From Phoronis australis (Eukaryota; Animalia; Phoronida), in the NCBI GenBank assembly GCA_002633005.1, contig NMRA01000076.1:1031705-1095704 (forward strand): a stretch of 64,000 nt of DNA, in the 5' to 3' direction. The translations under genes were made by a program, and so were the position numbers. Below, piece by piece: positions 1-13,400 of this stretch (the stretch's first letter is position 1; each line of letters opens with the position of its first letter). The notes beneath the pieces were generated by a model. It had not been told where the DNA came from. It did not search any database and saw nothing but the letters and a program-made list of their open reading frames with translations.

Positions 1-469
1 GTGCACTCCAATTCATACCATTGCACAAACTGCAACTAAATGCCAAATACAAGGCTTTCTGCGTGGTGGACTTCCCATTTCAGGCTTTCTAGTTGTACCC
101 CATAGCAATGTTCAATACAAGTGTCACACGCAACAACCTTTAAGCACTAAAGCAAGCTGTAATTTCAAAATTGGAAATTGCATTGAACCAATAATTGCAA
201 GACTCAAAATAACAGGGAAGAGCTGGAAAAAGGCTCAGTTTCAAATAACCTTTTGAAGGACAAAAAGGCTAAGAGCAGAGGAAAGCGTCCAAATTCTTCT
301 ATTACCGCGACAAAAACGGACAGCAACAATTACCGTAACAACTAAGCTAAGCATGGTTCATGAAGTAATCTAGCGCCACCTCTGGAAGAGTGTGGCCCTG
401 TGAAAGGATGTTGGCCGGCTATCAGTGTGTGGGCATCAGTATGCATGCTTTGGCTGGATGCAGATTTGT

Positions 470-518
470 GGTAAGCATACAGGTAAACATACAGGTAAGC
501 ATACAGGTAAGCATACAG
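470..518. repeat. 12-bp tandem repeat (GGTAAGCATACA)x4
   Basis: Direct inspection. Confidence 0.85.
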
Positions 519-1244
519 ACAGGGAATGAGATGTAGAAGCCTAGTGAATTGTTGTTTAATATGACACCTTGTAATCCCGAGTGCGTCACAAAACACATAC
601 ATAATGGAATGCATCGATATAACCTTTTCTTGTTTTTGCAGCATGTGCAAGCCACGACAACTCTCAAAAGATGCAGCAGTAGACGCATTTCTCAACGTCA
701 AGGAATTGGAATGTCCAATATTATTTTTCAACCAATCAGAACGTGCAAATGTTAATTAATGAGAAGCCATGTTACAAGACCCTTTCACAGCACTTCACCG
801 ACTGCTGTAACACAGGGAAAGAGTTTTAAGGTGAGACACCCATGATCATGCACAATCTCCCCGACTGAAACACATGAGAAACTGAAGCCTGTATCCACAA
901 TACTTAGTCCAATCCCACTCGGTTCTTTTCCCGATTTTCGAGGCAGTACCAGGAACTACAGTACAAGCCAAAAGTATTCAGACAAAATGACCCACAATTC
1001 CCCCATCAGGACAGCTGGCAAATGCCAAATTCATAGTCAGAGTAGCCTTAACTAAAAATCGATTATCAGCAAGAATTAACAGGAAACTTGGCAAGATGGC
1101 TAAGCCATTCTGTAATTAGAATTTTGCCGCCTTAATAGTCATTATCAGTCATTTTTGCAGTTAACAGAATTAGCCATCATGGCTAGAAAAGGCTATTTTG
1201 TCTGATTGCTTTTGTCTTGCACTCTCGCTTGACAGAGTCCTTAC

Positions 1245-1492
1245 TTGTAGGTTGCTGGTCTGTGCTGCCATCGCATGATACTGCTGCTGCTGCCGCAAGT
1301 GTTCGATGATCTTGGCCAGGTCCCCTGCCTGGGGGTGTCCCTGTTGCTGCATCAGCCTCTGTTGATCTGCCAGTTGTGCCAGCTGGTCGTTGACTGATTG
1401 ATTGTGTTTGTGCTCTGACGACTGCTGGGGGTGATGGGACGTGCCGTTACCCGTGATGGGACGCAAGTTCTGAGCTGCCACAGGTACCGAGC
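1245..1492 (-). CDS. EIF4ENIF1: 4E-T Gln-rich exon (GSVPVAAQNLRPI...SNLQ)
   Basis: ttgcag| and |gtaagg; phase 1 to 0. Confidence 0.85.
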
Positions 1493-4400
1493 CTGCAATG
1501 ATCAGTAGCGTTAACTTATCGATCTGTTTGGACTGACCTTGACCCTCACTGGATCATGTGGTATTGCTCATTACTGAGCATAATTTATGTTGAATGTGAA
1601 TCTCTGTAGATAACCAGTACCAATACAGCTAAAAAGACCATTTTCAGTTTAAATGTCACAGCTGTCAAATAGAAACAAATATTGGTGACATCTTAAGTGA
1701 GGCCCATTTATAACTAGTTGCAATGTTTTCACTCAATCAACTCCTGTGCATGTATATTAAGCCTACAGAAAACAGACATGTTCTTGGGTAAATATCTCTT
1801 TATATTCTTCACAACATAAAGAACTCCACAACAAAACAATACTAGTTTTACAGCTGCTATAAACACACCTACAGTAAAAAAAAAAATAAATTCTCGTTCA
1901 GATCAGTTTGATAATCAACGGCCTAAGCAAAAGTTAAGAGTTTTGGCAGAAGGCAGCTAGCAGTTAAGTGCAGGTGTCTTTGACGTGTACCTTTTATGAC
2001 TGGCCTGCCAGACTGCCCAGTGACCATGTGACCGCCATTTGTGGGTGTAGACTGCTGCGCTTTCTGGCCCACCACCGCCCTCCAGGCGTGCTTAGATGAC
2101 TCTTGTAACGTTGCATCACCAGTGGCGTCTGGCAGTTCCTTGAACATATTCTTCATGGGGCCTGATTTGCCTGGAGAACCACGGCATTCTCAGAGGATAA
2201 CAAATAGGAATCAATGTGAACAGATAGAGCTATTATTGAGCAGGCTCGACTAATGAGTATACATTAAAAGCAAGAAATATACAGTGTTCAGTGGTATCAG
2301 TAGCATAGTTTCCACATAAACAAGCACCCATGTGTGTGTGTGTGTCTACCAATAAAATACGAAACACTAAAAAATAACGCCACTGACATGACACAATTTT
2401 TCATCAAATGCTTATAGTCGCGTGCTGCTATGTGTAAATTTTTTGATCTGCAATGTTCATGGTGAGCACTACCACAGAAGCCCCCCCCCCCTAACAGTCC
2501 CAGCGTACTTGTCAAAACTTTATCCCAAAACATGTTGCAGTTGGCCTGGTCTATACCACACCTGAATAAGGTTCCACTCCACAAGTCCCACGACAGCTGT
2601 ACTGTATATAAGTCAATTTGGTTACAATGAACTTTAGCTATCACAAATGTTTAATAAGTTAAAGATGTGTTTGCATGCTTCTATCTATGCTCATGTATAG
2701 CAAGAACTGAACGACTGTGCTAGTTGAATATCAGCTATCCTAAACAAGATGCAGTTGTATCCACTGACAACTTGTAGACGTGAAAACAAAAAATTCAATA
2801 GATGACCTTTGCCCTAATGACGTACCTTGGGGGCTCCCATGCCCCACATCATGCAGTGTTATTCCCCAACACCACGTCACTGTTTTTACTGAACACGGTT
2901 GAGTGATTTACGGCAGATCAGCTTTGACACAAAACTTGCTCTTAAAAACATTTTGCATTTTTCAACGTACTTCATGTTCACATCGTCACTAAATGTTGTG
3001 TTTCTAACTAATTTGACTGAGCAATCACAGAGATAAGCTCCATATTATGTCTCACAATAGATCACATTTCAACTAGAAGCACTCCGTGAGGAGCACAGGT
3101 TCTACAAGCCAGGGTTGCACTTCCTGGATGTAAGACATTCACGAAATTAGCGAGATCACTCAAGTCATTATGCTATAACCATTCATTACAATCAGACCAA
3201 GTGACTAAAGTAACTTTACTCACGAGTGCCTTGCACCTACAGACACCAGCCCTGTTTATCGCTGTGTTTCAGTTGCAGTCAAACATACCCTTCAGCTTAA
3301 TAAACTCTAGCATTTTAAGTTTTCTAAACTGGTGAGTATTTAACAATGTCTAATTATAAGATCCAGTTATAAAGACCAACAATGCCTAAAATGCTTAAAC
3401 TTCACATACCATTCAAGCTGAGACTCTGGTCCTTCTGTTTGTCTTTTTCTTCCAGCTTGTCTGTAGCCATCTTACGGATAACTGACGTCGGCGTGAAGGC
3501 TACAGGTACTGTTGGCTAGAACACCAATTATTAGACAAGTGTAAGATATCTCTCGTTCAATCACTACAGAGGTTTATGTGCATGCAAACTTAAAGGAACT
3601 TCACATGTACAATATACAATAGGCTTTGATGCACAGCTCTGTAATGTCAATGTGACTGCTGTTGCCATCCAGAAGTGTTGCATATGACAAATGTACATAA
3701 ATCACAAGCAGCAGATGTAAAGGTGCTCATCATTGGAGGGGTACACGGACCAAAGTGACTGATTGTCCAATCAAATTTGGTCTAAACTGACTAACATTTA
3801 CACCTCCACCAGTCAACAACTATTGGAAGTGTTACAACAGTCCCTGTAAATGTCTTCCTTCTGTGCATTGAACCCACCTTGATGGGTGTGGACGATGTTG
3901 AGACTGCAGGAGATGTTGGAGATCGTTCCCTGGAACACAAAACATAACGTTAAATCATATGGCCATGTTTCATGAGAATTGTGAATAAAAGTGATTTGCA
4001 ATAGAATTTAGCTTTCAGTGACTGTGTCAACACGATATAGACTTTCATTTCTCCAAAACAATGGTGCTTAACTTTGATTTCAACAGATTTCAGTGAGGAA
4101 TTAGCGAGCACACTACGATTCAGCTGTAGTTGGACTTTGTTCCGATTAAAATGGTACTTGATAAAATCGGCGTCTATGAGCTCCCCTACAATCAAAGCAT
4201 CCGAGTATAAACACTTATGACTCACTGTTGTCTCTTGAGGTAACGCTCCTTCTGTTCTTCCAGTTGTTTCCGGATACGTGCGTTCTTCAGGATGTTCTGG
4301 GTGTGGATGGCCAGCTCCTGGGGGGAGGGGACGCGAGGCACCAGGGGCACTGCCGTCTGTCGGGAGAATTGGGAACGGTGAAACTTTGGAGCCCCAAAGT

Positions 4401-7400
4401 TCGGAAAACACATACACCCAGATTATGGGCAAAGTTAACACTCTCCGATTACCTATACATTGATTGAGATAAAAGCATTACGTAAAGTGCATGTAACAAC
4501 AGGCACTACACTTCACAAAACATCGTATCACTGTTTGAATGCATTGATTCAAGAACTTAGAGGAAGTAGGCCCAGTAGACAGCTCCAACTTAACTTTTAT
4601 AGTTTGTGAATTTCAGCGAAATTCCACCACCTTCGTTGGCACTATGGCCGGAAAATCCGATTGAAAACAGATGAAAATAACACTTTATGTGTTACTAATA
4701 CTGCAAAAATCACGTCAAAATTAGATGCTGCAGCAATATTTTGCACAGAAATTCCGAGGATTCACGACAAGGTTTCATGAACTTATGTCCAAGAGTACAC
4801 CAACTTTTTTTTAATCACAACATCAAAGAGAAAGTAATCAGTATGAATGGTTCTGTTACTACCACCAGTTCAAAGGTGTTGACTGCCATTAGACTTACTT
4901 GTAGAGCATTGGGTGATTGCCTGATGGCTGGTGACGGCTGGAGATGTACAGGGTGGATGGGAGATGGTGCAGCCACATGGACGGGTGGCTGAGTTCCGAA
5001 CACTGTAATATAATAGGAGGTTAGTGATGTAGAGGTTGGAAGGGAGATGGTAGAGTCACGTGTACCTATGGCTGGTACCAAACATTGTAACACAAGAGGT
5101 TAGAACAAGGTGGATGGGAGGTTAACAATGTACAGGGTTGATGGGAGATGGTGGAGCCTCGAGTGTAGGTGTGGCTGGGTACCAAACACTGTAATACAAT
5201 ATAGACAGTTAATGATGTAGTGAGTGGACCAAGGGTAACACTACGGCAGATTACTGCGACCAGGACGATGTCTTCTAAACCTGAGTACAGCACAGCTCTG
5301 ATAGCATAATAATCTATCCAAGTATTATTTATAATATCGCAATATGCACATGCTAATGAACTACCAGATTCATTTTCAATGAGCGCATTAGTTTGAGAAA
5401 ATGCTGATTTACATCTCTCGACCAAATAGATCATGAATGCAATTCTTGAACTTTAAACAAAGATGGCAGCACCAGCTCAACACCACGAACTGTTCTTTGT
5501 GTATAGCCAAACTCACTGCATCTGCTGAGAGACAGGGAGAGCGAGAGGGAGAGGGTGAGGGAGAGAGAGCGGGAGAGGGGAGGAGAGGGTGAAAGGGGAG
5601 AGGGAGAGGGGGAGGGCGAGACGGAGAGGGGGAGGGAGAGAGAGGGGAGGGAGAGGGGGAGACAGAGAGGGAGAGGGGGAGACGGAGAGGGAGAGGGGGA
5701 GACAGAGAGGGGGGACGGAGAGGGAGAGGGGGAGACGAAGAGGGAGAGACGGAGAGGGAGGGAGAATAAATTTATCACAGTGACCAATGTTACTTGAACA
5801 CCCAGCCCACTGAGCTTATTAGTCACTTTAAAAAAATACAAGAACAGTAATGCACATACAATTTGATATGAAGCTCAAAACATAAGAAATTATTGGTGAA
5901 CAGAAAATTTTGTCGTCTCTTAAAAGCACTTTCTATTTATCTTGTCAGGTCATTACAAAAATTACTACATAAATAACAAGTTTGTCTTCAGAGCATAACA
6001 GGTCAAAATCTGGGAGAACAAATGTGATTTTATCAAACAAAATTCTTAAATCTTCGTAAATAGGACAATGGCAAAGAAAATGAATTTCATCCTGAACAGC
6101 AAATTACAAAGCAAGCAAAATCTGTAACAGAGATCAGTGTTCAAATATCTACCAGTTTCAATATGAGGTGGGAGAATTCCAAAACGAAATTGTGACAAAA
6201 GTGATCGATGACATCTGGTCAAACAGGAACGTAAGTAGTTTCCATTAAAAAAGTCCTTTTAAAAATTTTGTAGGTTCTTAATTTAGGTGAATGATTGACA
6301 GATGTAGTATTAACAACTCAAAGAAGTTTTATATAGCGCTACACTCCAGTACACCTATGCTGCCTTCACTAGTGAATTCTGCAGCTGACACCCAGGAGCA
6401 TGGTGCTTCATAAAAAATGTTTTAAGTAACAATTAAAACACTCCTCCTAAAATGAAAAGACAGGCTGCTTACTAATGGGTGACGGTGCAGTGGGAGTAGA
6501 CTGCTTCTGCTGCAGCAGCGCCTGTGAGATGAATGCCTGTGGAGAGCTGATCAAGTGGACAGGGGACGGTGACTTGGTGACGATACTGGGCTGGTGTTGT
6601 AGGAGGCCCACCAGGTTGGCGTCACGCCGTGCGGCGAGGCTCTGCTGGATCTGCTGCTGCTGCACAGCCTGTGACTTGGCTATTTCCTGCAGTTGAGCCA
6701 GGCGTAAGTCAATCACAAGGTAAATTTGCAGTGTTCAAAATAAAGAGGCGCCTAACTATTGAGTGTATTGTACTGAAAGACAAACTACTACCACAGCACC
6801 AAATAAATCTCCGAAAACTGATAACCCTCAGATCACATCAAGCAACCCACATGTTGAGTTTTTCGAATGCTTACCAGATAGAAAAGCTTCAAGCAATTCC
6901 TGTTACGTTACCACCACACAAAATGCCAAAGGGGAGCTGCGAAACTAGAAAACCCCAACCATACCAATTCTACCCAACAAAATTACCACCTATTATTTTC
7001 AAAGATTAAAAATGACCCAGGAGCCGTTAGTTTAAACTCTGGATTTGTATGTTTAAAGACACTAACTACAACAGATTTTTGTTATTTTAGCTGTATAAAG
7101 CTAACCAGATAGTCCGAGCAAAGCCTCAGGAAAATTAGAAAATGTGAGTTTAATCACTCAAATGTAGGGCTGTCAATTGATAATTGAAAAAAAACAAACT
7201 GCCATTAGGAACCACAGCGGTAGTCGAATCCGCCCATCTGCAAGTTAATAGGAATACAACTGCAAAATTTCAAAAGTATCTTACATGGGGTTTAGGAGAT
7301 ACAAGCATAGATGTGTGAAAAAATGTCACTAGGGGGCACCACAGTAGTTGGTCAAGTTTGAAAATTCATGTCTGTCACGCTCTTCTCAGTGGGAACACAT

Positions 7401-10400
7401 CGGCCAATTTTCATAATGATCCTCTGCGTGAGTTGGCAGATATAGAAGCGGATGATAAAAACGGACTAAAAATCATTCAAATGGTCAATAAAAGTAAGGT
7501 CCTGTCATCTTCATAATAGAATCTTGCTTGTCAAATTACATGAAAAAGCAAATTCAAGGAACTCTGAAGTTAAAGGCGAAGGCAACCTTTTTCCATATCA
7601 TTTTGAGCTAAAATAAGGTTGGTTGGTTATCCTAGACATATTTTTCACTTAATTACAGCTTTTCGTAATTTTATTAATTATTCGTCCGCTTTTCCGGAAG
7701 TGACGTTTTAGGAGGCAAGCGCTTCCCGCCAATTTCTTTTCACATAGTCTGACTGTGAGAGATGCCGAGTCAGTCATTGTTCTACCTCGGTTGTGTTAAG
7801 TTCCGTCGTCGTTCGCTTTCATTTACTAGTCAGTCAACATGCCACACTGTTGCTGCGTACCGGGATGTAGTAATTATCGGCNNNNNNNNNNNNNNNNNNN
7901 NNNNNNNNNNNNNNNNNNNNNNNNNNNNNNNNNNNNNNNNNNNNNNNNNNNNNNNNNNNNNNNNNNNNNNNNNNNNNNNNNNNNNNNNNNNNNNNNNNNN
8001 NNNNNNNNNNNNNNNNNNNNNNNNNNNNNNNNNNNNNNNNNNNNNNNNNNNNNNNNNNNNNNNNNNNNNNNNNNNNNNNNNNNNNNNNNNNNNNNNNNNN
8101 NNNNNNNNNNNNNNNNNNNNNNNNNNNNNNNNNNNNNNNNNNNNNNNNNNNNNNNNNNNNNNNNNNNNNNNNNNNNNNNNNNNNNNNNNNNNNNNNNNNN
8201 NNNNNNNNNNNNNNNNNNNNNNNNNNNNNNNNNNNNNNNNNNNNNNNNNNNNNNNNNNNNNNNNNNNNNNNNNNNNNNNNNNNNNNNNNNNNNNNNNNNN
8301 NNNNNNNNNNNNNNNNNNNNNNNNNNNNNNNNNNNNNNNNNNNNNNNNNNNNNNNNNNNNNNNNNNNNNNNNNNNNNNNNNNNNNNNNNNNNNNNNNNNN
8401 NNNNNNNNNNNNNNNNNNNNNNNNNNNNNNNNNNNNNNNNNNNNNNNNNNNNNNNNNNNNNNNNNNNNNNNNNNNNNNNNNNNNNNNNNNNNNNNNNNNN
8501 NNNNNNNNNNNNNNNNNNNNNNNNNNNNNNNNNNNNNNNNNNNNNNNNNNNNNNNNNNNNNNNNNNNNNNNNNNNNNNNNNNNNNNNNNNNNNNNNNNNN
8601 NNNNNNNNNNNNNNNNNNNNNNNNNNNNNNNNNNNNNNNNNNNNNNNNNNNNNNNNNNNNNNNNNNNNNNNNNNNNNNNNNNNNNNNNNNNNNNNNNNNN
8701 NNNNNNNNNNNNNNCAGAATACTCGCCGATGGAAAGTGGTGGCGACAATTGGTGAAAAATAGCACAAAACAAAAGTAGAATAGAACAGATTCGCACAGTA
8801 AGCTCAACGCAAAACCAAGTGGCGGGAAGCGCTTGCCTCCTAAAACGTCACTTCCGGAAAAGCGGACGAGTAATTAATAAAATTACGAAAAGCTGTAATT
8901 AAGTGAAAAATATGTCTAGGATAACCAACCAACCTTATTTTAGCTCAAAATGACATGGAAAAAGGTTGCCTTCGCCTTTAAAGAGGCAAACATAAAAAAA
9001 TAAAATTGCCACTAGGGAGTGATTGGTCTGAAACTCACATTCATCTCCATAGGAACACATCAGCTAAATTTCAGAAAGATTTTACAAAAGGTGTCAAATT
9101 TAGTAAAGATCCTGCAAATGGTTTAGGAGATACAGCCATGAGCGCATAAAAAAAACAAACTGTCACTAGGAGGTGCCACAGTAGTCAAAGTCATCAGAAA
9201 TCATCGTCACCGTCCACTTCATAGTAAAAACATATATGCCAATTTTCACAATTATCCTGAAAGCGGTTTGGTTGATCGAAGGGTGGACGCCAAAAACGGA
9301 CTCAAAAACAGTAAATATGGCCACTAGGTGGCGCAAACTAGGTCGAATCCATCTGAAAACGGAAAGATAGCGTCACCTCACAAACAGAAGCCTGTACACC
9401 ACATTTTATGAAAATACCTTGAGGACCTTTGAAGATACAGAGGTAAACGTAAAAAATAAAATTGCCACTAGGTGGCACACCAGTCGTCAGATCTGTTCGA
9501 AAGTCCTCATAGTCCGTTGCCATCATCATATAAATGCACTTACTAAATTTAGTAAAGATCCAGCAAATGGTTTAGGAGATATAGCCAAAGGCACAAAAAA
9601 ACAAAACTGCCACTAGGAGGCGCCACATTATTCGAAGTCGTCGGATAATCATTGTCAACCGTCCTCTTCATAGTAAGAGCATACATGTCAATTTTCCCAA
9701 CCATGCTTAGAGCAGTTTGGTTGATAGAGGGGTGGACGCTAAAAAACAGACTCGAAAACAGTAAAAATGGCCACTAGGTGGCGCAAACTATATCGAATTC
9801 ATCCGAAAACGGGAGGATACTGTCGTCTCACTAATAGATGCCTATATACCAAATTTTGTGAAAATATGTTCAGGACCTTCGAAGATAGAGGTAAACATAA
9901 AAAATTAAAATTGCCACTAGGGGGCACACCAGTTGTCGGATCCGTCTGAAACTTCGCTCATGCCGTCCCATCCATGAAAGGAACAAGTGTTCAAAATTTC
10001 TTAAACATACGTCAATCAGTTTTGGAGGTAGAGCAGCCGACACCGGACGGACGCCGGACACCAGACGGATGCCGGATGGACGGACAGGCAGAGATGACGG
10101 CATAATACATCCACAAATAAATATGTGGGTGCATAATAATGAAACTTCAAGCAGTTTGGTGGATGGAAAAGGTGACGTCAAAAATTTTTAAATGGCCACC
10201 AGGTGGCGCAGAATCGATCAAATCCATCCGAAAATGAGAAGGCGTCACGTCTCCTTCATAGAAACCTATTTGCAAAATTTCATAATAAAAAACGATCACT
10301 AAACGTCGAATCTATCCTAAAACCTAAAACCTGTCATCATGTCTTTAATAGAAACCTATTTATCAAATTTTGTAAAAATCTGTCAAGATGTTTCAAAGAT

Positions 10401-13400
10401 ATAGAGGCCAATGAAAAAATTAGCCACAACGGGAGCACAGTGGTAGTTGGATCTGTTCAAATGTCGTCGTCCATTGTAAACCTCATATACATACACCAGC
10501 TAAATTTAATACAGATCCTGCAAAGGATTCAGGAGATATAGTTATGGGCAAAAAATGACAGTATGAGGCGCCATAGTAGTCGAAGTCGTCAGAAAATCAT
10601 CGTCAGCCGTCCACTTCACATAGGAACATGTATGCCAATTTTCACAACCATCAATACAGTGGTTTGGATAATAGAAGGATGAACGTCAAAAACCAGACTC
10701 GAAAACAGTAAAAGTGGCCACTAGGAGGAACAAAACAACTCAAATCCATCGGAAAACAAGAAAGTAGTGTCATCTCACCTATAAGCCAAGTTTTATGAAA
10801 ATCCGTTGAGGACCTTTGAAGATACAAAGGAAAACGTAAAAAACTAAAATTGGCAATAGGGAGCACACAGGTAGTCGGATCCATCTGAAAGTTCCCTCAT
10901 GCTGTCCCAATCGTGAAAGGAACATATGTGCAAATTTTCATCAACATACATCAATTTGAAAGGGTTTTTGAGATTAAGCAGCGGATGCTGGATGACGGAC
11001 AGATGCTGGACGGGTGCCGGATGGACGCTGGATTTTTGAAAAAGTGACTAGAATGACACGTACACCAAAATTCTCAATGAAAAATGTACCTTCACACAAA
11101 AACACTGGTAGCAATGATAGCAATAGTTTACAGAGACAAGTGGCTATGGCTTGACTCACCTGCGCTAGTTTCTGTCTCTGCAGATGCTGCAGAATGGCAG
11201 TCTGTTGGCTAGGGGACAGTCGACTGGTCGTTGATGTCTGGAAATAGGCAAATGACAGGAGTCAATCAAGACACGTTGTTTGTAACAAAATGCAATTGTG
11301 AGAGTTGTAGACAGTGGTCGAGAAACTGTGCTGGGCACCACAGGGGTCAACTGTGACTTGTCCAAAAAGTACCATTTTGTAACTTGTGATGTAAACCAGC
11401 ATACTTAAGATTATGCTGGTACTTATCAACAAGTCATTGCATTTAGCCAAAGTATATACCAATAAAATTCATCTAAGACTTGTAAAAGAGTAGATTTTCT
11501 ATAAGTAGAAAGCCCGTAGACTCTGGTATTAAACATTATACCAATCTGTCATTAGCCACATATGGAGATTGTTCTAGGGTCCTTTGTAGCCTTAAGGTTG
11601 TCCTTCAGTCAATTGGAGGGCCTGAGCCATGTTACCTGTAACCCAGACTCACCTGCTGTTTAGGCTCATCATGCAGACCTCCTGTTGCTTTCATCATTCC
11701 CACCAGCTTGTTGAATGCTGCCATGTCTGTGGACACAGGCTGGGGCGACGGGGTTCGCCGCACCTGCCCAATAGACGGCACGGTGATGTCTGCTGTCGGG
11801 CTGTGGTGGATGGTCGCTTCCAGCTCGGCCACAGTGGTCACTTTACTGGTAGGAATGCCTGGAAATGAGGCAGGGTCGTGGCAGTGAGTATTACGGCCTG
11901 GCTTACATATTGCATCCAATAACTTGGTACGAATCATGTTAGCTGGCCTGAATCTGCCTGTTGAACCAACCAGTGAACTCTACTTAATCCTATATATTAT
12001 CTTGTGTAATTAGGATGCCTAACTTGTTATACAACCAAAACAATGGGTTTGCTATAAAAAAAACATGGACCAAGACAATCACGGTTTTCAAAGAACCGAA
12101 TTGCAGCAATGCATGGGGTTTTAAAACCACATCTTCACAAATAATGTTTTGAAGACATTAACAGTACAAATCATGCTACATTTATCTAAGAAATGAAAAG
12201 TAATTTTTCCATATGAAAGGAATGTTATAGTATCATTGCCACACCCGGAGAAAACAGTAAATCAAAATGCAATTTCCAGCAAACTCAGAAACCTGAACAG
12301 AACCACACCATCACCACAAAGTAAAAGTTGGATATAAGCAAATAAAGCAAGAGGCAAAAATGGGATACACTATACTATGTAAATCAAAGTGACGAGAGAG
12401 TGCAATCCATTTTGAAATAGAAGAAAACCAGTCGGTTTGAGCTGTTGATGAAAAATTTCCAAGCAATTAGTGTCAGTTTGCACGATGAATATAGAAGAAT
12501 GCCGGGAAAAGAAACCGGAACCATGAATTTCTCTTCAAACACAAAGCATGAGAAGTCACTGAAGTCTAAAGCACACACACAGGCACTCACATGTTGTAAG
12601 CACGCAAGCAAATATGGTTTTCCAACTAAACACACTACTAGAGGCCAGTCCTGACACTACATCGTGCACACTTACTGGGCGGTAATTGAGACTGGAGCAA
12701 GCTAAGGGGCGGAGCCTCAGTGTCCAGCTCATCACTGACTGGCTGATTTTGGCCCAGGAGGAGGGCCTTAAGACTAGCCTCAACCTCCTTGGCTCCGCCA
12801 CTTAGCTGCCCTGTCCTCGTGGGCGGGCTCTCGACCTTGGCGACTGTCTTCTCTGGAATCGTCATGACAACAAAAGGTGATTGACACCATGAGCAAGGAA
12901 CAAACGAACAGCGGTAAATGAAGATGTCAGAGATGGGACAACAAAAACTAACGATTACGCAACACAAGAGGTCCCATATATCAAATAATGAAATCCCATT
13001 AGAACAGCTTTCCGTTCAATGCAAAATAGCTGCAGTTAATTTACGTACTCTACAGGTTCACATAAAATTTTAAACAAAACCTTTTGATCTAAACATCTTG
13101 GCTTACTTTGAGTAAAAACAATTCAAAAAGTTAACATTTTAATTAGTGGTGGAAATCTTAACTATAAAATGTGCTAATATGCAACAGAGAACATGAATGA
13201 TACTAATTACTAAGTTTAAAGATGCAGTAATACCTTTAGTGGTCTGTGTGTGAGATTTCTGTGCCTGTTGTAACAGAGCCATGAATTCACTCTGTGGCTT
13301 GGCCATATCCCGAGGGCTTGGCAGGCGACCCTTGGGTGACGGCGTGGGGCTTTTTTGATTACCAGATATCAGGTCTACAGCAAAAAAACATTTAATAAAG

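Larger units (their letters stand above)
7090..11090. mobile_element. Tandem, internally repetitive DINE-1/Helentron-like non-autonomous elements
   Basis: ~150-bp subunits in a ~450-bp higher-order period (9321 vs 9771). (GGAC)n-like microsatellites occur at ~10040-10090 and ~10983-11030; the first is followed by a hairpin. Boundaries are approximate. Confidence 0.55.

Noticed and set aside
5431-5841. Ser/Pro/Leu and Glu/Arg/Gly-rich ORFs
   Set aside because: Translations of the polypurine tract.
7762-8807. Long ORFs of ~300-340 aa
   Set aside because: Artefacts of reading through the N gap; only the THAP-like start is informative.
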